Positions 46,903 through 50,437 of a stretch of DNA of 50,437 bases are shown here, one piece after another. Made by a program: the position numbers and the translations under genes. Within the stretch, counting starts at the first letter, position 1; every line of letters starts with the position of its first letter. The notes beneath the pieces were generated by a model. That model worked only from the letters and a program-made list of their open reading frames with translations. It did not search any database and was not told the origin of the DNA. The stretch lies in the IMG/VR virus record IMGVR_UViG_3300032112_000026, positions 1 through 50,437 of that record; one strand, written 5' to 3'. Source of the DNA: a virus (Duplodnaviria > Caudoviricetes).

Positions 46903-47055
46903 ATGGCAAAAAACATTAATTCACCAGTAATAGGAAAAGAACCAGAAATACAGGGATTAGAACCTTTGAAGAGAGAAGTGAAAGGAAACATTAATTCACC
47001 AGTAATAGGAAAAGAACCAGAAATACAGGGATTAGAACCTTTGAAGAAGGAGTAA
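46903..47055 (+). CDS. 50-aa peptide built from an exact internal duplication
   Basis: RBS AAGGAGGT; NINSPVIGKEPEIQGLEPLK occurs twice. Confidence 0.65.
   Translation: MAKNINSPVIGKEPEIQGLEPLKREVKGNINSPVIGKEPEIQGLEPLKKE
46911..47047 (+). repeat. 62-bp perfect direct repeat, 75-bp period
   Basis: 46911-46972 equals 46986-47047. Confidence 0.95.
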
Positions 47056-47059
47056 AAAA

Positions 47060-47233
47060 ATGGCAGATATTATAAATCCAATGACAGGAAGAAAAAGGAA
47101 ACCTTTTAATAAAGATGATGAGACTATAAGAGAAATGATTGCAAGACAAACAACTATTGTTGCTCCTACTCCTGTTGAGATAAATAAAAGAAAAATACAA
47201 AGAAAAATAGAAAGACCTTTATTTGGTCGATAA
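47060..47233 (+). CDS. 57-aa basic protein (missing from the ORF track)
   Basis: RBS AAGGAG; MADIINPMTGRKRKPF...RPLFGR. Confidence 0.6.
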   Translation: MADIINPMTGRKRKPFNKDDETIREMIARQTTIVAPTPVEINKRKIQRKIERPLFGR

Positions 47234-47247
47234 AAGGGGAGATAACT

Positions 47248-47670
47248 ATGGCATTAACAACATTAGAAAGAAAAGCAATAGATGATTTAAAAACTATGTT
47301 ACCTAAAAAAACTTTTGAGGAAAAAGAACAAATTCCAATTCAAGAACCATTTTCTAATAAAGTAGAAACAGATGAAGATAAAATGATTATTTTAAGAGAT
47401 TTAGTTGAAGAAATAAATATATTATTAGATACACTTTTAAAGTCTCCAGAACTACAAGAAGATATAATATTATTTTTGACTACAATGAAAGGAACAGTTT
47501 TATCTTGGATAAAAGGATTAAATATGATAATGGAAGGGCGAGAAATACCAAAAGAAGTAGAGAAAGAGCTAATAAAAAGTGGTGAATCTCGAATAACTCC
47601 TCAAAAGTTTGAAGGAGAAAGTTTAGTTTCAGAAATGCCACCGATGCCAGGAGCATCAATGATAAAATAA
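47248..47670 (+). CDS. Head-module hypothetical protein
   Basis: RBS AAGGGGAG; acidic and helical. Confidence 0.6.
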   Translation: MALTTLERKAIDDLKTMLPKKTFEEKEQIPIQEPFSNKVETDEDKMIILRDLVEEINILLDTLLKSPELQEDIILFLTTMKGTVLSWIKGLNMIMEGREIPKEVEKELIKSGESRITPQKFEGESLVSEMPPMPGASMIK

Positions 47671-47714
47671 CTCTTTTAATAAAGAGGTAAAAATTATTAG
47701 GGAGGTAAAATATA

Positions 47715-48455
47715 ATGGAAGAGCAATCTACTACAACTCCAGTAGAGAAAACTCCTATTGATATTAAGGAGGTAAAAGATACAATATCAGATAAAGAACA
47801 AATAGAAGAAGATAGTAAAAGTCAAATAGATAAAAAAATTCCTTCTTCTATCCCTTATAATCGATTTGTTGAAGTAAATCAAAAATATAGAAATGCATTA
47901 AGTCAAATTGATGAGTTACAAAAGCAAATAGGAGAGATACAATCTATAAAAGAAGATATGGAACATTGGCAACGATTTTCTGAAGAAAATCCAGAGTTTA
48001 TAGAAAAAATACAAGATTTATATCAACAACAATTTATTCCTAAGGAAGAAGTAGTAGAAAATGTAGATAAATTAAGTCAATTAGAAACAGAGTTTAGAAA
48101 ATTTAGGGAACAAATAGAAATAGATAAAATTAAGAGGGATATTTCAACTAAATTAGATGAAGTTCAAAAAGTATTAGATAAAGAGAATTTACCTTATACA
48201 AAGACAGATATTCTTCAAATAATGGATAAAGAGAATATAGCAAGTCCTGAACTTGCATTAACTATACTTATAGGAAGGAATATAGATAAGTTAAAAGAAA
48301 AGTGGAATATCTCACAACAACAAACACATGCTACTATTCCACCAGGAACTCCATCATTAGAAGGGATAAAAGGGATTTTACAATCTAAAAGGCCTTCTTC
48401 TTTTGATGAAGCAGTTGAGATGGCTTTAAAATCAGGAATGACTTTAATAAAATAA
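47715..48455 (+). CDS. Capsid scaffolding protein
   Basis: IPYNRFVEVN motif; acidic coiled coil; directly upstream of the capsid gene. Confidence 0.8.
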   Translation: MEEQSTTTPVEKTPIDIKEVKDTISDKEQIEEDSKSQIDKKIPSSIPYNRFVEVNQKYRNALSQIDELQKQIGEIQSIKEDMEHWQRFSEENPEFIEKIQDLYQQQFIPKEEVVENVDKLSQLETEFRKFREQIEIDKIKRDISTKLDEVQKVLDKENLPYTKTDILQIMDKENIASPELALTILIGRNIDKLKEKWNISQQQTHATIPPGTPSLEGIKGILQSKRPSSFDEAVEMALKSGMTLIK

Positions 48456-48473
48456 AAAAGGAGGTAATAAAAA

Positions 48474-49433
48474 ATGGCATTTGAGATTAACGATATAAAT
48501 GCATCAGTAAAAAAGTATATATTTCCTGTAGCAATAGATGTTATTTTTCAAAAAGTTTTACTTTTTCATCTATTGCAAAAACGGGATAAAGTTAAAATGA
48601 AGGGAGTGGGACCTGATGGTTATGTTCATCAACCTATTATTGTGGGGAAGTATCCTATTTATCCTCATGATAATAAATTTGGGAAATTACAAGTTTCAGC
48701 AACAGAAATATTAGGTGTAGCGAAATATAAATTGGCTACTTTTTATGGAGGTATTCCTTTAACAAGAGAAGATGAAATAAGATTAAAATCAACAGAAGCA
48801 GTGTTAGATGTATTAAAAGTGCGATCTGAAGCATTAACTACTTCATTAATAGAAGAAATAGAAACAAGATTATTTCAACAAATTGCTGTTTCTGAAGGTG
48901 AACCTTTAATGAGTCTCCAACAAGCAGTAGATGATGGAACAGTATATACTGAATATGCAGGAGTCCCACGAGCAACAGTAAATGGATTTAAGTCTTATGT
49001 GAAAGATTTAGCTGGAGGTTCATTAAGTTATCCTCATCTTTTAGAGACTTATAATCAAGCTTGTATGGGAGCTCAGCATCCTACAATTGCTTTTGCTCAT
49101 CCTAATATTTGGAATAAAGTTAATCAATTAATATATGACAAGCAACAACAAATGGTATATAAAGATGATTACTTATATCAACTTGGAATAAATAATTTTA
49201 AAATACTCCAAGCTCCTTGTGTTTCATCAAACTTTGTTCCACCAGGACAGTTAATTTTCCTTAATGAGGAATATATGACATTAGCATTAAAAGCAGATTC
49301 TGATGAAAAAGGATTTACTTTTGAAGGCTATCAGCGGGTAAGTTTAGCAACAGTGCAATATGCTAACTTATTTTTTGATGGACAGTTATTTGTAATTCCT
49401 CGTTATCAAAGCAAAATAATTAATGCAACCTAA
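48474..49433 (+). CDS. Major capsid protein (HK97 fold)
   Basis: 319 aa with strong RBS; D.IF....LF..L, YAG..R, G...PT and FLNE.Y motifs; position after the scaffold. Confidence 0.88.
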   Translation: MAFEINDINASVKKYIFPVAIDVIFQKVLLFHLLQKRDKVKMKGVGPDGYVHQPIIVGKYPIYPHDNKFGKLQVSATEILGVAKYKLATFYGGIPLTREDEIRLKSTEAVLDVLKVRSEALTTSLIEEIETRLFQQIAVSEGEPLMSLQQAVDDGTVYTEYAGVPRATVNGFKSYVKDLAGGSLSYPHLLETYNQACMGAQHPTIAFAHPNIWNKVNQLIYDKQQQMVYKDDYLYQLGINNFKILQAPCVSSNFVPPGQLIFLNEEYMTLALKADSDEKGFTFEGYQRVSLATVQYANLFFDGQLFVIPRYQSKIINAT

Positions 49434-49448
49434 AAAATAATGAAAAAT

Positions 49449-49488
49449 ATAGGTGCTGAGAATTTCAATTATTTTTCTCAGCACCTAT
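49449..49488 (+). terminator. Hairpin after the capsid gene
   Basis: 14-bp stem ATAGGTGCTGAGAA / TTCTCAGCACCTAT. Confidence 0.7.
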
Positions 49489-49516
49489 GATGTAATGTAA
49501 AAAGGAGGAAAAAAAC

Positions 49517-49915
49517 ATGATACATAAAGATATTGTAGATTTAATGGATTATGACCAATTATGTCAAAACTATAAAAATAGTGGGGTAACTACTATAAAA
49601 GCTGGTGATGTAGTGGTAATAGATCCATCAAATTTAATAGCAAGATGTATTAAACATTCAACTACTATAGATGATCCTTTAGTGCGGGGAATTGCAATAG
49701 ATAATATTGCTCCTACAGTAGAAGGAAGAATTGTTATAAAAGGGCGAGTAAAGGCTAATATAAAAACAGGAACAACAGCAATTGCTATAGGGAATAAATT
49801 AGGGACATCAGCTACTGCAGGAAAATTAGATTTAGTAACTAATAATCCTATTTGTATTGCTTTAGAAAGTGTTCCTGCCTCAACAGAAAAAACTATTATA
49901 ATAGAGGTTAAATAA
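49517..49915 (+). CDS. Capsid decoration/cement protein (DUF2190-like)
   Basis: TIKAGDVV, GIA...IA....G.I...G and AIAIG..L..SATAG...IALE. Confidence 0.75.
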   Translation: MIHKDIVDLMDYDQLCQNYKNSGVTTIKAGDVVVIDPSNLIARCIKHSTTIDDPLVRGIAIDNIAPTVEGRIVIKGRVKANIKTGTTAIAIGNKLGTSATAGKLDLVTNNPICIALESVPASTEKTIIIEVK

Positions 49916-49988
49916 AGATATTTCTTTTATTTATTTAATCAATAAAAGAAAATATTTTATAAAAAATTTTTAAAAGGAGAAAAGAAAG

Positions 49989-50321
49989 ATGAACATTTGG
50001 GAAGGAATTTATATAAATTCAGAAAAAGGAGCATTAAAAGAAGTAATTGTAACAATTGCAGAGAAAGATTATGTTTTTCCTCTAAATGTTAAAGTTCCTA
50101 TTGCAGAAGATACTTTAAAGTTAATTATAGGTAATTGGGAGGATAAATCTATAGATAGAGAAAAGGATTTGATTATGGCAAGGGTAACAATAAAATGTCC
50201 TCGAAATAAAATTTATCGTATTGTAAATGATAAAGCTATCAATTTATTTGAAATAATAGATTTACCTCAATCTGATTTAACAGAAGATATTTCTCAAAAA
50301 GAAAAAACAAAAAAAGGTTAG
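49989..50321 (+). CDS. Head-associated hypothetical protein
   Basis: RBS AAGGAG; 110 aa. Confidence 0.6.
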   Translation: MNIWEGIYINSEKGALKEVIVTIAEKDYVFPLNVKVPIAEDTLKLIIGNWEDKSIDREKDLIMARVTIKCPRNKIYRIVNDKAINLFEIIDLPQSDLTEDISQKEKTKKG

Positions 50322-50329
50322 AATCTAAT

Positions 50330-50437
50330 CCTGAAATCGGCAAGTAAAGGCGACTATTAACTGTAACTTTTATCACCTCAACAGGTTAATGTTCATACAT
50401 TTTGATAAAAAATCTGCATTTTTGGAATACACATAAC
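50330..50437 (+). ncRNA. Candidate structured RNA spanning the window junction (50330 to end, then 1-54)
   Basis: CCTGAAATCGGCAAGT (50330-50345) is the perfect reverse complement of 39-54; internal stem and possible pseudoknot. Confidence 0.45.

Larger units (their letters stand above)
1..50437. mobile_element. Tailed bacteriophage genome, podovirus-like, probably complete and circularly permuted
   Basis: TerL, portal, scaffold, capsid, adaptor, nozzle, ejection, lysis and replication genes are all present. Head genes at the right end continue logically into adaptor genes at the left end. An inverted repeat pairs across the junction. Confidence 0.93.

Noticed and set aside
9492-47200. Antisense/shadow ORFs in the track (e.g. 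9492, 11984, 14216, 14981, 16477, 17209, 19409, 21153, 23343, 24312, 25676, 26068, 26338, 27162, 27388, 29492, 37593, 39075, 39391, 39569, 43889, 46991)
   Set aside because: They overlap better-supported genes, lack RBSs, and have the F/L/I/S-rich composition expected from the reverse of A-rich coding strands.
49449-49488. Post-capsid hairpin shares TCAGCACCTA with CRISPR repeat R2
   Set aside because: Only 10 nt and it lacks the ATTGAAAC end; plausibly chance, and a terminator-type stem explains it.
1-50437. tRNA, rRNA, integrase, transposase, DNA/RNA polymerase or cas1/cas effector genes
   Set aside because: No recognisable motifs seen by eye; divergent members cannot be excluded without HMM/tRNAscan searches.

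Overview
The window looks like a complete or near-complete, circularly permuted ~50 kb tailed-phage genome with very low GC. It has a podovirus-like layout: terminase, portal, scaffold, major capsid, head-tail adaptors, a tail nozzle and internal-virion/ejection proteins, with no tape-measure, tube or sheath gene that I can recognise. A 16-bp perfect inverted repeat pairs across the window ends, supporting circularity. Modules: late/structural and lysis (42.4 kb to end, continuing 1-21.1 kb, +); a leftward early operon of small genes (26.6 to 21.1 kb, -); a divergent control region (26.6-27.7 kb); and a rightward regulation/replication/recombination block (27.7-42.4 kb, +) with a lambda O/DnaC-type replicon and iterons. 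I recognise no integrase, tRNA or Cas effector gene. Highlights: (i) a probable anti-CRISPR kit made of a stand-alone Csx3/Crn3-like protein and a two-repeat CRISPR-like mini-array; (ii) seven consecutive signal-peptide proteins, including a DUF481-like beta-barrel and a circularly permuted DUF2341/LamG protein, inside the virion module; (iii) a lysis region with a class 3 lipase and a PLD-family enzyme but no recognisable spanin; (iv) several host-like fragments (HsdM N-domain, STAS-like, TPR, XRE) and a phage MTase that are truncated or carry GC-to-AT lesions. All family assignments come from motif recognition by eye, not from database searches.
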